DNA of 64,000 bases. It comes from an uncultured delta proteobacterium. Its GTDB lineage: Bacteria > Desulfobacterota > Syntrophia > Syntrophales > UBA2185. Location: the NCBI GenBank assembly GCA_963695875.1, contig CAVOID010000004.1, positions 32,001-96,000 of the forward strand. Direction: 5' to 3'. A program made the translations under genes and the position numbers. Each line of letters starts with the position of its first letter. Positions within the stretch are counted from its first letter, which is position 1. Below the pieces are notes generated by a model. That model saw nothing but the letters and a program-made list of their open reading frames with translations. It was not told the origin of the DNA and did not search any database. Below are positions 1 through 11,304 of this stretch, one piece after another.

Positions 1-733
1 GAGCGGGGATCGAACTTGATTTCCCTGGGGTTGATCGTATACATGAAATCACAATCGGGCTTATCCACCGGGATGTCGACGTCGGAAGTTCCCAGTTCGG
101 CCTGGACCTCATCTTTCATCCAAGCCAGTGTTTCCAGATAATCTTCCTCAGTTACGGCCATCTGATTGCCGGTCTCCCATTGGTCTCGGCTCACATTGAA
201 GATCCCCTCCGGCACAATCCCGAGCTCGGTCGAAGTCCTCTCGTAAAGCGAATGAGTGCCGCCGTGTCCACACCCATCGGGCAATTCAGAGTGCAACGAC
301 GGCAGGCGCTGCAGGTACCGAAGACAATGTTCTTGAGATGATTGAGTTCCTCGTCACTCGCCGGATAGCGGGCATGAACCCACCAAGGGACAATCCTGCC
401 CGTCCAATCCAGGTGGCGCTTGAAGATCCGGCGGATCTGATCTGCCTTCCAGACCGGTATCATGGTGGGGTCGTCTGGTCTGGCTAGAGCATAGTGGCAA
501 GCGTCCGAACACATCCCGCAATGGACACAGGCAATGAGCGAGGTTACCAAGGGACGGGTGATGCGCCGACTAAGAAGCTCGAGGAACTTTTTAATATTGG
601 GGGCGGCGGGATCATAGAGCTTAAGTTGGCTTTTAATGATGGAACGGAGCCCCGCTTCTTTAGCTCTCTCTTGGGACTTGGTTTCCAGGGGGTAATTCAC
701 CACCCCGGAGCTATGCTTTTTTTCTTTCCTCAA
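1..733 (-). CDS. (Fe-S)-binding protein, HdrD/TmcB/HmcF-like; frameshifted near 200, runs off the left edge
   Basis: CVHCGMCSDAC and CSACRRCTLNCPMGVD 4Fe-4S motifs; lies downstream of a NarI-like gene. Confidence 0.75.
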
Positions 734-1471
734 GGGCCGTCTCCCGCATGAGGGCAGCCCAAGTCGGATTCTTTCAATCCTGGATTTCGTTTAGGTGGAA
801 AAACGCGACGGTGCCCAAGCGTTTTCCCCAGGAAGAAGCGGCTGAAGGGGTAATAGAGATAGTGGCAGATCTTAGAAAAAGGAACATAAACTAAGAAAAA
901 GGCCGTAAGACCGAAAGAAAAGAATCAAGGGCCATTCGGCTTTTTGGTAATTGTTGGAAACGGCCAGGAAGCCGGCGGCAAAAAAGAGGATCATTAATAA
1001 GAGAGAAAAATAGTCATCCAAAGTGCTAATAAGCCGAACCGCAGGATTGGAAAGCCGTCGGTAGAGCCGCATCAAGCCGACCACAAACGCCGCGCCGATG
1101 GCCAGCCGAAAAATCCAGAGCACGGGTCTCATCTGAAATATTTGAGGCGCATAGGGAATGATAAACGTGGCGCCGATGGCGGCCGCCACTCCGAGGTGGA
1201 AAATGACGAATTGAGCATAAAAACCCACTCTCTTGCGTGCCGATTCCATCGCCCATGGCATGGCGACGTTAGCCAGTGAATAAGCTACGCCGGCTTTTTC
1301 GCTTCCCGCACGAAAGGTCCGCTCTCGTATGGACCGGAAACGGAAAAGCCAGACAAGTCTCAGAACATAGACCACCCCCATAAAAACCTGCCAACCTGAA
1401 CTTCATTCTCTAGAGTGCGCAAAAAGGGGCTCAAACGAGGACTCCACGACGATCCGCTCCGGTTCTCTGCA
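730..1471 (-). CDS. NarI/TmcC/HmcE-like cytochrome b membrane subunit, frameshifted; start approximate
   Basis: Hydrophobic helices and FHLG motif in ORF 872-1381; an alternative frame continues VPFSKICHYLYYPF to a stop at 730. Confidence 0.7.
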
Positions 1472-1893
1472 TTTCTAAATCAAAAACCTTTTGTAAAAGA
1501 AACCTAAGAACACCAAATTACCGGACTGTTCTGGCCTCGAGATTGGATTTCGGTTGTCCTAAATCGGCTCTCTCAAGGCCGCCAAACAGGTGAACCCTGA
1601 ATCTCCGCAAAATAAAAAAGACCTTTTTTATCTTACTCTAATCACGAAACTTTTTCTATTCCGGAGACCTTTTCAGACGACGTCTGTTTTTACAAAAACA
1701 ACGAGAAAAAGGAGGCAACTAGGGGAGCCTAGCGCGATGATCCCTCCTAGCCTCCGCGCATCATCTTGGGCGCATCCAGAGTTCTGAGCGCGCGGGAAAA
1801 GAGACAGTGCACCTTTTTTCTTGTATCATAATAATGGTCCCAAGGAGTTGTCTTATCGGGACTGATCAAATTTAATTCGGAGGTTCATCAACC

Positions 1894-2640
1894 ATGAAGA
1901 AGATCTGGACTTGGCAATTTTCGGTGACCTTAATGCTGATCGGCGCGTCTGTCCTCACCTATGTAGTCCAGTATTTGATTTCCAGGAATCCCCGCGATAT
2001 CTTTTTCTACATGATTCAGGATCTCGCTTTCCTGTTTATCAACGTGCTCCTGGTCATTCTGTTCATCGAACGACTGCTTGCCCAGAGAGAAAAGCGCGCC
2101 CTGTTGAAGAAACTGAACATGGCCATAGGGACCTTCTTCAGTGAGGTCGGGCTCGAGATCTTTTGAAGAGATTCTCTGTCTTGGTTGAGAGAGCCGAGGT
2201 CCTGGAAAGGCAGGTCGAGATCAGTCCTCGCTGGAACAAGAAAGAATTCGCCGCGGCCATGGCGGCGGCAAGAGATTTCAATTATCAGGTCCGGGTCACC
2301 CCGGCGCAACTCGCCGAGATCGATGGCTTCCTGTCGAGCAAACGGACGTTCCTCCTCCGATTGCTTGAGAATCCCAACTTGCTGGAGCACGAACGATTCA
2401 CCGATCTGCTCTGGGCGGTTTTCCATGCGTCGGAAGAGCTTGACATTCCGGGAAAAGAGCTTCGAAAGCCTCCCCAAAAGTGATTACGATCATCTGGCGG
2501 GGGACCTCGAGACGGGCCTATTCCCAACTGGTCAGCGAATGGATCGCCTACAACTCCCACCTTAAGGAAAGCTATCCCTACCTTTTCTCTCTCACCGCCC
2601 GGGTTAATCCGTTCAATCCCCAGTCTTCTCCAATCGTCCG
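1894..2640 (+). CDS. conserved hypothetical membrane protein, frameshifted; end approximate
   Basis: ORFs 1894-2166 and 2163-2483 join (two TM helices, KKLNMAIGTFFSEVG, LENPNLLEHERFTDLLWAVFH); GGAGG RBS upstream. Confidence 0.6.
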
Positions 2641-2866
2641 AACATGAAAGCGAAAGGCGTCTCTACCGTCATCTCGTCTATCTTGTCATCTTGTCTTTCT
2701 CGGCAAGAAATGAGAAAAAACAAGAGAAATAAAAAAAATCTCGTGCTTTTGACGAAATGGACGAGAAGACGAGACGACGAGAAAGACCTCTTAACCCGAG
2801 TGTGCAGTGGCGCAGAGTTGGAATCTCGGATATAATGATTATCCAAACAACTCCAGGAGGATTTTG

Positions 2867-3565
2867 TGAGCAAAAGCCGAATCTCAGCCTCTCTCGTGGG
2901 ATTGGCGGTTTTTTTGGCCGCCGGCGCGTCCCTAATCGCCCAATCCGATCTCTCCCCTCAAAGATGTCATCGAGAGAAATCTCAAGGCGGCCGGAGGCAG
3001 GGATAAGATCGCGGCTGTTAAAACCTATTCCTTCAAGACCGGGACGACCGTCTATTTCACAGCCACCGATGAGCGCCTGAAAATCGCCACCGGAAAACAG
3101 CCCGTGGTCACCGAAGTCATTCTCGTCTCTCCCGATCGGGTCAGGCGCAACAGCTTCAATGAAACCACCGAGGTCTCGGGGCTGGAGAAATCGATTTACC
3201 AATTCCAGGCAAAACTCCAGGCCGGATTCTTTACCCTGATCAAGTTCGCGGATCAGCTGAAGGCGCAAGGATTCAGAAGCTTCAGACAGAAAAGCTGTTC
3301 CTGCTCACGGCCCAGCAGGGTGATCTCAAGGTCAGCTTCTACCTCGAGGCTCAGGAATTCTGGATCAAGAGGATTGCTCTCCAGGGTTATTGGGAGGGCG
3401 GGATGAAGTATGAAGCCAATTATGATTTTGCCCCCTACCGGGAAGTCAACGGTCTGCGTTTTCCCACGACCTGGTTCGCTTCGTTCGTCGGAATGCGGGG
3501 TAATCTTTTCGAGGTCCAGGACCTGAAGCTCAATCCGAACCTCGATCCGGCTTTTTTCTCCAGCA
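2867..3565 (+). CDS. secreted protein, possibly LolA-like/outer-membrane lipoprotein-sorting type; frameshifted and cut at a junction
   Basis: Signal-peptide-like start after GGAGG; C-terminal YREVNGLRFP...LKLNPNLDPAFF. Confidence 0.45.
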
Positions 3566-4938
3566 CCTGGCGATGGCCGTGCCGCCCGTCACGGTGTTGG
3601 TGAAGCCGAGGGTGACTTTCTCGACCGTGCTGACGCCGCCGGTGAACGTGGCCGTCGTGACGTTGCCCGAGGCGCGGGTCAGGACGATCCCGTCAACGGC
3701 GTCGGTCGAGACGAACGTGCCTCCGATGACCCGAGGCCCGCCGCGTGTCGAGCCGGCGTTGTTGCCGATCGTGATCGCTCCGGTGGCCGTGACCGACCCG
3801 CCCTCGACCGACATCGCTCCGTTGGAGTTGGAGTTGCCCACCCAGACCGTCCCGACATTCGCGGTGCCATCGCGGACGATGAAGCCACCGCCGAAGTCGA
3901 CGCTGCCCGCGCTGTTGCGGCGGATGTTGACGTCGCCGACGGTCAGGGTGCCGCCGTTCAACCGGAGCGTGCCGAAATCCGAATTGGTGCGAAATCCGCC
4001 GAGCGAGGCGGTGCCGCTGTCGACCACGACGGAACTCGCCGTCGCAACGACGGTGCCGGCGGTGGTGAACGAACCGCCGGCGACGTTGAGCTGCGAATTG
4101 AGCGCCGTGTTGACCGCGTTGTTGCCGAGGTCGAGCGCGCCGCCGCCGGCAACGCGGAGAATCCCGCCGCTCACGTTGAGCACCCCCGTGAGCGGGTTCG
4201 CAGCCGTCAAGACCAGCGTGCCCGCGCCCGCCTTCGTCAGGCCGCCGGTTCCCACCAGGCTCACCCCGATCGTGGAGGTGGCCCCCGTGCCGAGTGCGCC
4301 GACCGTGATCGTGGGTGCGGCGCCGTCCAGCGTCAGGACGTTGCCGGGGACGCCGTTGTTGTCGACGATCCAACTGGCGGGCGTGGCCGGGCCGGCGTCG
4401 CCAAACACGGCGCTGTTGATCGTGCGTGGCGAATCCAGGTGAACGACGTTGTCCGCCGCGAGATCGAGGGTGGCAAAGTCCGCGCTGGCAGTGCTGCCAT
4501 CGGCGATCACCGCATCAGCCAGTTCAGTCCGTCGCTCCAGAGCCCACCGGTCTCCGGCCGCACCCAGACGCCGCTTCCCACCGTCGGGACCACCAGCGTG
4601 TAGACCTGACCCGCCGTGTGTCCTGCCTCCGGAGTGCCGCCCGCATCGACGACGCCGCTGTCGGGTTTGAGCACGAGCCGCAGGGTGCCCGCGCCGGAAA
4701 TCCCGCCCACCGTGACATCGAACGTCGAGCCGCTGTCCGCGGACACGCTCGCGACCGCGCCAGCCACCGTCTCGGTCGTAGCGAGCTGGAACGCGCCGGT
4801 CGTGACTCCGCTCACAGCGTGATTGAACGCGACGCGGTAGACGACGCTGCCCACGGTGTTGGCGATGACCGGGAAGGCCGGGTTGTGCCGCGTGATCGAG
4901 ATTCTGGGCTGCCCCGCGAGATGCAGCGTGAACACCGG
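3566..4938 (-). CDS. internal fragment of a large autotransporter-associated beta-strand repeat protein (high GC)
   Basis: GGLTKAGAGTLVLTAAN repeat; Gly/Thr-rich beta-helix sequence; both ends truncated. Confidence 0.75.
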
Positions 4939-5674
4939 CGTGAAGGCGGGGAGATCGGCATTGCCGGACTCGACCGCACACTGACGGATGTCTACCTGCG
5001 CATCGAGCGGCCGGATGTGCCAATATTCTCCGCTGTGCTGCGCCCTGGATCACCCTCTGTCGTGTTTGGCATTGCCGGCAATCCGGGTGTGTGGGGCTAT
5101 CTGATGATCGGGGTTGAACATATCCTGTTCGGCTGGGACCATCTTCTGTTTGTCGCGGGGCTGGTGTTGCTGGTACATTGGCGCCAGCTCGTCGCAACCT
5201 CGACGGCATTCACAGTGGCCCATTCGATCACTTTGTCCCTATCCGCGCTCGCGGGCATAAGCCTTCCGGGCGCACCTGTTGAGATCGTGATCGCCCTGTC
5301 GATCGCGCTGATCGGTCTGGAAGCGATCCGCCGGATGCGCGGCGAAGAGGGGCTGAGTGCGCGCTTTCCCTGGGCAATCGCGTTCGGTTTCGGATTGATC
5401 CACGGTTTCGGATTTGCGGGTGCTCTTTCCGAGATTGAGACTCCCGAAGGGCATGGAGTTTGCGGCGTTGCTGCTGTTCAACCTGGGCGTCGAACTCGGG
5501 CAGGTCGCCGTGATCGGAGCATTGCTTGTGACGGGTTGGATCGTTGCGCGCCTGCGGCCCGGCCAGCTCGGCGCGCTGCGATACGCAGGGGCCTATGCCG
5601 TCGGGATTGCGGGGGCTTACTGGGCGATCGAGCGCCTGACGATGTTCCTTGCTCCCGCTACGGCGCTGACCTGA
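4939..5674 (+). CDS. HupE/UreJ family membrane protein, 5'-truncated and frameshifted
   Basis: GVEHILFGWDHLLFV, TAFTVAHSITL, FGLIHGFGFAG, LFNLGVELGQ motifs. Confidence 0.85.
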
Positions 5675-6084
5675 AAAGCGTCTTTGAACAACATATGTTG
5701 ACCTCGGTTGTGCTTGTCTAAAGACCGGTAAAGGCGATGTCGGGACAAACGGCGGCAAATCCTCCGTAAAAGGCTCACATTCAGTTCCGCAAGTTCAATA
5801 CCCCGGCCGAGCTTATCAATCTCGGCCTTTTTGGTTCGTCCGGCCTCCGCTTTCGCTGCCAGATGTCGATAACGTTCTTCAAAGTGCGGACGAACGTCAA
5901 TTGTCGGCGATCTCCGGCCTGGTGCTGATCAGACGGCTAAATGACAGGAGTTCGGCGATCCTGCCAGACGCCGAAATTGATTATCGGAACCGAGCTGGAC
6001 CTTCGTTGCCGATAGTCGTAGCCTTGGTGAATGTCGGGTTTGAGGCAACTGGGATGATTTCGACCCGCGAACCGATCTCAACAT

Positions 6085-6832
6085 ATAGAAAAGAGGGGTG
6101 TGAGGCAACATCGCTCGGGTCTGCGGTTATATTAATTAGCGGCGCACTCCGGGCGATTCTGAGGATGTCATCAACCGATGCATATCGTTCAAAAGCATCC
6201 GCAAGACCGTCGAGGACCGACGGGGAGAGATTTCCAGGATCAGCAGTCACCAGCCCCAGATGCCGGCTGGGAAGGTTGGGGAGGGCATCCTGCGGTATTC
6301 CGCCCACCAGGGGAGGAAGCTTTTCGGCCGCAAGCGAAATGGCCAGCATCGATGCATGGCGCTCCGAGCCGCAGCGGTTGGCGATCACGCCTGCCAAACG
6401 CAAATTCGTTTCGAAAGACGCATATCCTTTTACCATGGCGGCAATGCTTCTGGCCATGCCGTATACTTCCGCTATCAGGAGCACCGGCGCATCAAGCCAG
6501 CGTGCGATTTCCGCCGTACTCCCTTCAGAACCGGCCGGGTCGGCGCCGTCGAAGAGCCCCATGACACCTTCGATGATGGAGATATCAGCTCCTTTCGAGG
6601 CACGGGCAAACAGCCTGCAAACATAGTCTCTGCCTGCCATCCAGCCGTCGAGATTGTAGCAGGGTCTGCCCGAGGCCGCAGTCAGGTAGGTGGGATCCAG
6701 AAAATCCGGCCCCACCTTGAATGTCTGCACGGTGAGGCCGCGCTTTCTCAGGGCCGCCACAATGGCCAGGGTGAGGGATGTCTTTCCCACGCCGCTTTGC
6801 GTGCCGGCTATGACGATCCGGGGATGATTCAT
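6085..6832 (-). CDS. cbiA: cobyrinate a,c-diamide synthase, N-terminal part; C-terminal glutaminase domain lost at a junction
   Basis: IAGTQSGVGKT, FKVGPDFLDP, IEGVMGLFDG, LPSRHLGLV motifs. Confidence 0.9.
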
Positions 6833-6853
6833 CGTTAGTATTCCATCCTTACG

Positions 6854-6929
6854 TCCCCTTTTGTAAAGGGGGTGGGGGATTTTCTACAATTCGCCAAAAT
6901 CCCCCCAGCCCCCTTTTGGAAAGGGGGGA
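6854..6929. repeat. palindromic intergenic repeat (CCCCTTT..AAAGGGG family)
   Basis: Two CCCCTTT-n-AAAGGGG hairpins; related to 7476-7745 and 14670-14790. Confidence 0.7.
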
Positions 6930-7460
6930 TTAATACTCAACTCCTTTTTGCGCCTTAAATCCTTCTGAAAAGCCGTGCTTGACCATGCGCATTTCCGTGA
7001 CCGTGTCGGCGAGGGATATAAGACCTGCCGTGGCATTGCGGCCTGTCATGACCACGCATGTTCCGGGGCCTCCCTTAAGGACAACCTCGATGATCCTTTT
7101 CTCATCCAGGAGTTCTTTCCAGACGGCGATGCATATCTCATCGAGTATTACGAGATCGTAGCCGCCTGACAAAAGCGCCCGTTCGGCCAGATCAAGGCCT
7201 TTCTCGGCGGCCCTCCTGTGCTCCTGAAACAGCGGGTCCGTCCGTTCCGGTACAAATCCCCGCCCGGTCTGTACTATCTCGACGCCGGCGAGATGCCTGC
7301 ATGCGGCAAGCTCTCCCGTGTCGGGGTCCGATTTTACGAATTGAATGACAAGGCTCTTCATGCCGTGCCCGCTGGCGCGGAGAACCATGCCCAGGGCGGC
7401 CGTCGTCTTTCCCTTGCCGTCGCCCGTAAAGAGTATGATCCGTTTCCTGTCTTTCATCAT
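6930..7460 (-). CDS. cobO: cob(I)yrinic acid a,c-diamide adenosyltransferase
   Basis: FTGDGKGKTTAALG, QFVK, LDEI, MTGR, ADTVTEM, KH...GVEY. Confidence 0.92.
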   Translation of the reverse strand: MMKDRKRIILFTGDGKGKTTAALGMVLRASGHGMKSLVIQFVKSDPDTGELAACRHLAGVEIVQTGRGFVPERTDPLFQEHRRAAEKGLDLAERALLSGGYDLVILDEICIAVWKELLDEKRIIEVVLKGGPGTCVVMTGRNATAGLISLADTVTEMRMVKHGFSEGFKAQKGVEY

Positions 7461-7475
7461 AGATGCCTATTTCAT

Positions 7476-7745
7476 CAAGTCTCCCTTTATAAAGGGAGAT
7501 TCAGAGGGATTTTACAAAGGGAAAAAAATCCCCCCGGCCCCCTTTAGAAAGGGGGTGAAAAGATGATGTTCACTTTTACTGTCATAGCGGACTTGATTCC
7601 ATTAAGTCTCCCTTTTGTAAAGGGAGATTTAGAGGGATTTTGATGATATAAAACCACCCCCCAACCCCCGCCAGCGGGGGACAACACCCCTAACCCCCGC
7701 CAGCGGGGGACAGCCCCCTGCCCCCTTTAGAAAAGGGGGTGAGTC
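7476..7745. repeat. cluster of composite palindromic repeats
   Basis: TCTCCCTTT..AAAGGGAGA x2, CCCCCGCCAGCGGGGGA x2, CCCCCTTTAGAAA(A)GGGGG x2. Confidence 0.8.
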
Positions 7746-7818
7746 TATTTTTGCAGAAACGATAAATTGCCATTTTCACGCCTAGTAGCGCCCTGCGGTA
7801 CATTAAAGCTTTCCAAGT

Positions 7819-10410
7819 TCATCGCAAACCCATCAACCGATAGATTTCCTTCATGTTCAAGCACCTGCGGACAACATCAGCCAGCCGGTCGAAGGCAGGC
7901 TCCAGGTCATAAGCCGCCACCACCTTTCCGAGAGGGGGCAGGGCCCGGCGGACCCTCAATTTGTCGATAAACCACCGGCGGAATTCATCGGCGTCGAATA
8001 TTCCGTGAAGGTATGTACCCCACAGGAGCCCATCCTCGGATTTCACGCCGACTACTGCGCCGTCTTCACGGACAACGACGGCAGGGAGATTGATGCCGTT
8101 TGTCTGTCCATGGTGGATTTCGTAGCCCTTCACGGCGAGTCCCGAATCGACATGCCTTGCCGTGACGGATTCCAGGGTCTTCTCGATGGCCATGCTTGTC
8201 GTGACCGGCAAAAGTCCCAGCCCTTCGATGGACCTTCCTGCCGACTCGATGCCGTGAGGATCAGCAATCTCTCTGCCGAGGATTTGAAAACCGCCGCAGA
8301 TACCGACTATTTCCGTCTTTCCGTTATGGGCGAGGCCGGCGATCTTTTCTGCGAGCCCGCCTTTCTTCAAGATAATCCAGGTCGCCGATGACATTCTTGC
8401 TTCCCGGCAGGATGACGACGTCGGGATGGCCCATGTCACGGGGCTCCCGGACGATGGACAGATGCACATCAGGCTCCAGGCGGAGCGAATCGAAATCGGT
8501 AAAATTCGATATATGGGGAAGATCAATCAGCGCTATCTCTACGACGTCCCCTGCGGGACGAGTTTCTTCTTTCGGGCCGCTCTTGAACGTGACCGAGTCT
8601 TCTTCCGGCAGTCCCAGGTCCTGGAGATAGGGAACGACGCCGAAAGTCGGACGTCCCGTGTAACGCTCCACATAATTGATGGCGTCATCAAGAAGCGATT
8701 TGTCCCCCCGGAAACGGTTGATCACGAATCCCGCCACCAGCGCCCGTTCCCATTCCGCAAGGACCTCCATCGTTCCTATGAAGGACGCAAAGACTCCTCC
8801 CCGGTCGATATCACCTACCAGGATAACGGGTGATCGGGCGTACCGCGCCATGGTCATGTTCACTATGTCATGGTGCTTCAGATTGACCTCCGCGGGACTT
8901 CCCGCCCCTTCGAGAATGATAACATCATGCTCGGAGGCGAGAGAATCATACGCCTCTTTTACCGCTGTGAACGCTTCCGGCTTGTATCGGATGTATGTAT
9001 TCACGTCCATGTTTCCCACGGGCTTTCCCATCAGGATGACCTGGGCGCCCGTGTCACTGCTCGGCTTGAGGAGGATCGGGTTCATCCGCACGTCCGGGTC
9101 TATCCGGCAGGCCTGGGCCTGAACAACCTGGGCACGGCCCATCTCGCCGCCGTCCCGTGTGACATAAGAGTTCAGGGACATGTTCTGTGCCTTAAAGGGA
9201 GCAACGCTGTAACCGTCCTGGAGAAGTATCCGGCAGAAGGCTGCGGCCATTATACTCTTGCCTGCATTGGAGCTGGTTCCCTGGAGCATGACGGCGGGTT
9301 TCATCCTCCTTCCGACTGACTTTCGGGTAACACCGAGGGCATCCTGCAGAGCATGGCAGAGACGCTCATTTTCTTCTGCGGTCCTCACGGCAATACGGCA
9401 AGAACCTTGAATCCAGTCCATCGAAATTCTCGCAGACCCTGATGGCAATCCCTGTGCGGAGAAGTTTTTGCGCCAGTGTCGGGGCATTGATTTCGCTCCT
9501 GTCGATCCGGACCATAACGAAATTTGCCGCGCCCGGGTACACGTAAAGCCCGGGAATGGACTGCAATTTCTCTGCCAGTGATTTCCGCTCCGCGCCGACA
9601 TATTCCCTTGACTTTCTTGCGTATTCTGCATCTGCAAGTGCCGCTTCCCCGACCGCCTGGGCAAAAGTATTGACCGACCAGGGCGGCATAAACTTCCGGA
9701 TGCACGAGATGATAGCAGGGTCGGCAACGGCACAGCCCAATCGGAGCCCCGGAATGGCGAAGAACTTGGTAAAGGAAAGGAGGACAATCACATTAGCGGG
9801 CCGCCTCCGGGTCAGGCTGTCCATGCCTTCCACAAAATCTGCAAATGCCTCATCGATGACAAAGGTAGTTGAGCCATTCTTCAGGGCCATATCCCTCAGT
9901 TCGTCGGCATTGCAGAGGAATCCCGTCGGGTTATTGGGCTGACCGATGAAGACAAGGTCATTTCCTGTAAGTCGCGACTTCGATGGCGGATAGATCAGGC
10001 CTGAACCCGTTCTCTTCTTTCATGAAGACTTTTTCCACTGTAAGCCCGGATAACTCCGAAGCCCGCGCGTAATCGGAATAAGCAGGGACAGGAATCACCG
10101 CGCGGCTCGCTGATAGGACCCGGGGAATGAGATAGAGGAGTTCTGTAGAACCGTTTCCGGCTATGACCTCCTCTTCCGCAATTCCGTAACGGGCGGAAAT
10201 GGCTCCGGTAAGAGCTCTACAGTCCGGATCGGGATAATGGGTAAGCGAGCCGATAGCCCGGCTTATGACGGGACGGAACCATTCCGGCAGACCCAGAGGA
10301 TTGATGCTTGCGGAAAAGTCCAAAATATCCTCTGCGGCAAGACCCGCCGACAATGCCAGTTGTCTTACGTTTCCACCGTGTCTGTTTATTGGGATTGGCC
10401 CTTTCTTCAT
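7819..10410 (-). CDS. cobQ: threonine-phosphate decarboxylase (CobD) fused to cobyric acid synthase (CbiP/CobQ); split by several indels
   Basis: HGGN...[28 protein letters not shown], then in frame [53 protein letters not shown]. Confidence 0.88.
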
Positions 10411-10649
10411 TTACACGACCCCCTGAAGCAGACCAATCTCAAGATATTACGCCGCCACAGCGGGCTCACTCCTGGAAATGACACGATGGCAGCGTGGTAA
10501 AGGTATGGAGATTTCGGAATGGCCAAACCAGCGCAGAGATATAGCCTGAGCGCAACAATCCTTACTGTCCGAGATGGTGGGCTTGTGGAACAGAGTTAAA
10601 AAAGATATGGAAAGTAATGTAAACGTAACAATCCCCCCTCGAGGAACTT

Positions 10650-10797
10650 CGATGGATTGGTTTTCCGGCTTCGGGCCGCCTACTTACCCGCCTTCCCGTC
10701 ATGAACTTTTCATGACAGTGGCTATCCGGGCTTTCGTTCCCTTCACGGCTGCGGGGCAGCGGGGGATTTTAACCCCTCTTCCACACATCCATCTGCA
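10650..10797 (-). ncRNA. cobalamin riboswitch
   Basis: Minus strand: GGAAGaGGGGttaaaatCCCCcgCTGCCCCGCagcCGTGA ... GCCACTG ... GGGAAGGC ... AGCCGGAAAACC; upstream of the cob operon. Confidence 0.85.
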
Positions 10798-10865
10798 TGT
10801 ATTTGAATTATTATATTGACCAGTAACAAAGGTGGGTTTCTTTGTCAAGAGTTAATTGGTAGAGG

Positions 10866-11213
10866 TCAGACCTTGATGTCTATGAGCTGTTTCTCCATCT
10901 CGTCTTTCGTCTGAATAGTTTTGATATTTGCGCTGAAGTCATGCTGGGTGACAATCAGATTGACGAGTTCCTCTGCAAGGTTAACGTTTGATGATTCCTG
11001 GTTTACGCCTTTTTCATCGGGAGGCAAAATGTCACCGGGTGTATCGACCTGGCTGATGGAGACCTTGACACCCGAAGGATAGACATCTTCCATTTCTGCC
11101 CGGCTCTTTTTGAAATTATTCGTCTCGGAATTGGCAATATTGTTGGCTGTAACATCCATTTTTCGGGATAATGCCCGTAAAGCAGAGAGAGCTGTATTAA
11201 ATGCTTCTGACAT
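10866..11213 (-). CDS. short flagellar basal-body rod family protein (FlgC-like ends), orphan
   Basis: TANNIANSET and SNVNLAEELVNLI...ANIKTIQT motifs. Confidence 0.8.
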   Translation of the reverse strand: MSEAFNTALSALRALSRKMDVTANNIANSETNNFKKSRAEMEDVYPSGVKVSISQVDTPGDILPPDEKGVNQESSNVNLAEELVNLIVTQHDFSANIKTIQTKDEMEKQLIDIKV

Positions 11214-11246
11214 AGTTTCACCTCCTTATCGTATTACTTTGTTATA

Positions 11247-11274
11247 TAATCGGCTTCCTGGAGGAAAAACTTTA
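11247..11274 (-). promoter_or_regulatory. sigma28 (FliA)-type promoter
   Basis: Minus strand TAAAGTTT-N12-GCCGATTA versus consensus TAAAGTTT-N11-GCCGATAA, just upstream of the rod-like gene. Confidence 0.65.
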
Positions 11275-11304
11275 ATCTTTTTTAAATAATTCTGCCCCTT
11301 TGGC

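Noticed and set aside
3573..4935. Long plus-strand ORFs (3573-4442 and the first part of 4426-5721)
   Set aside because: Antisense shadows of the GC-rich minus-strand autotransporter-repeat gene.
5981..6100. Novel C-terminal domain fused to CbiA
   Set aside because: The tail is read-through across a probable chimeric junction.
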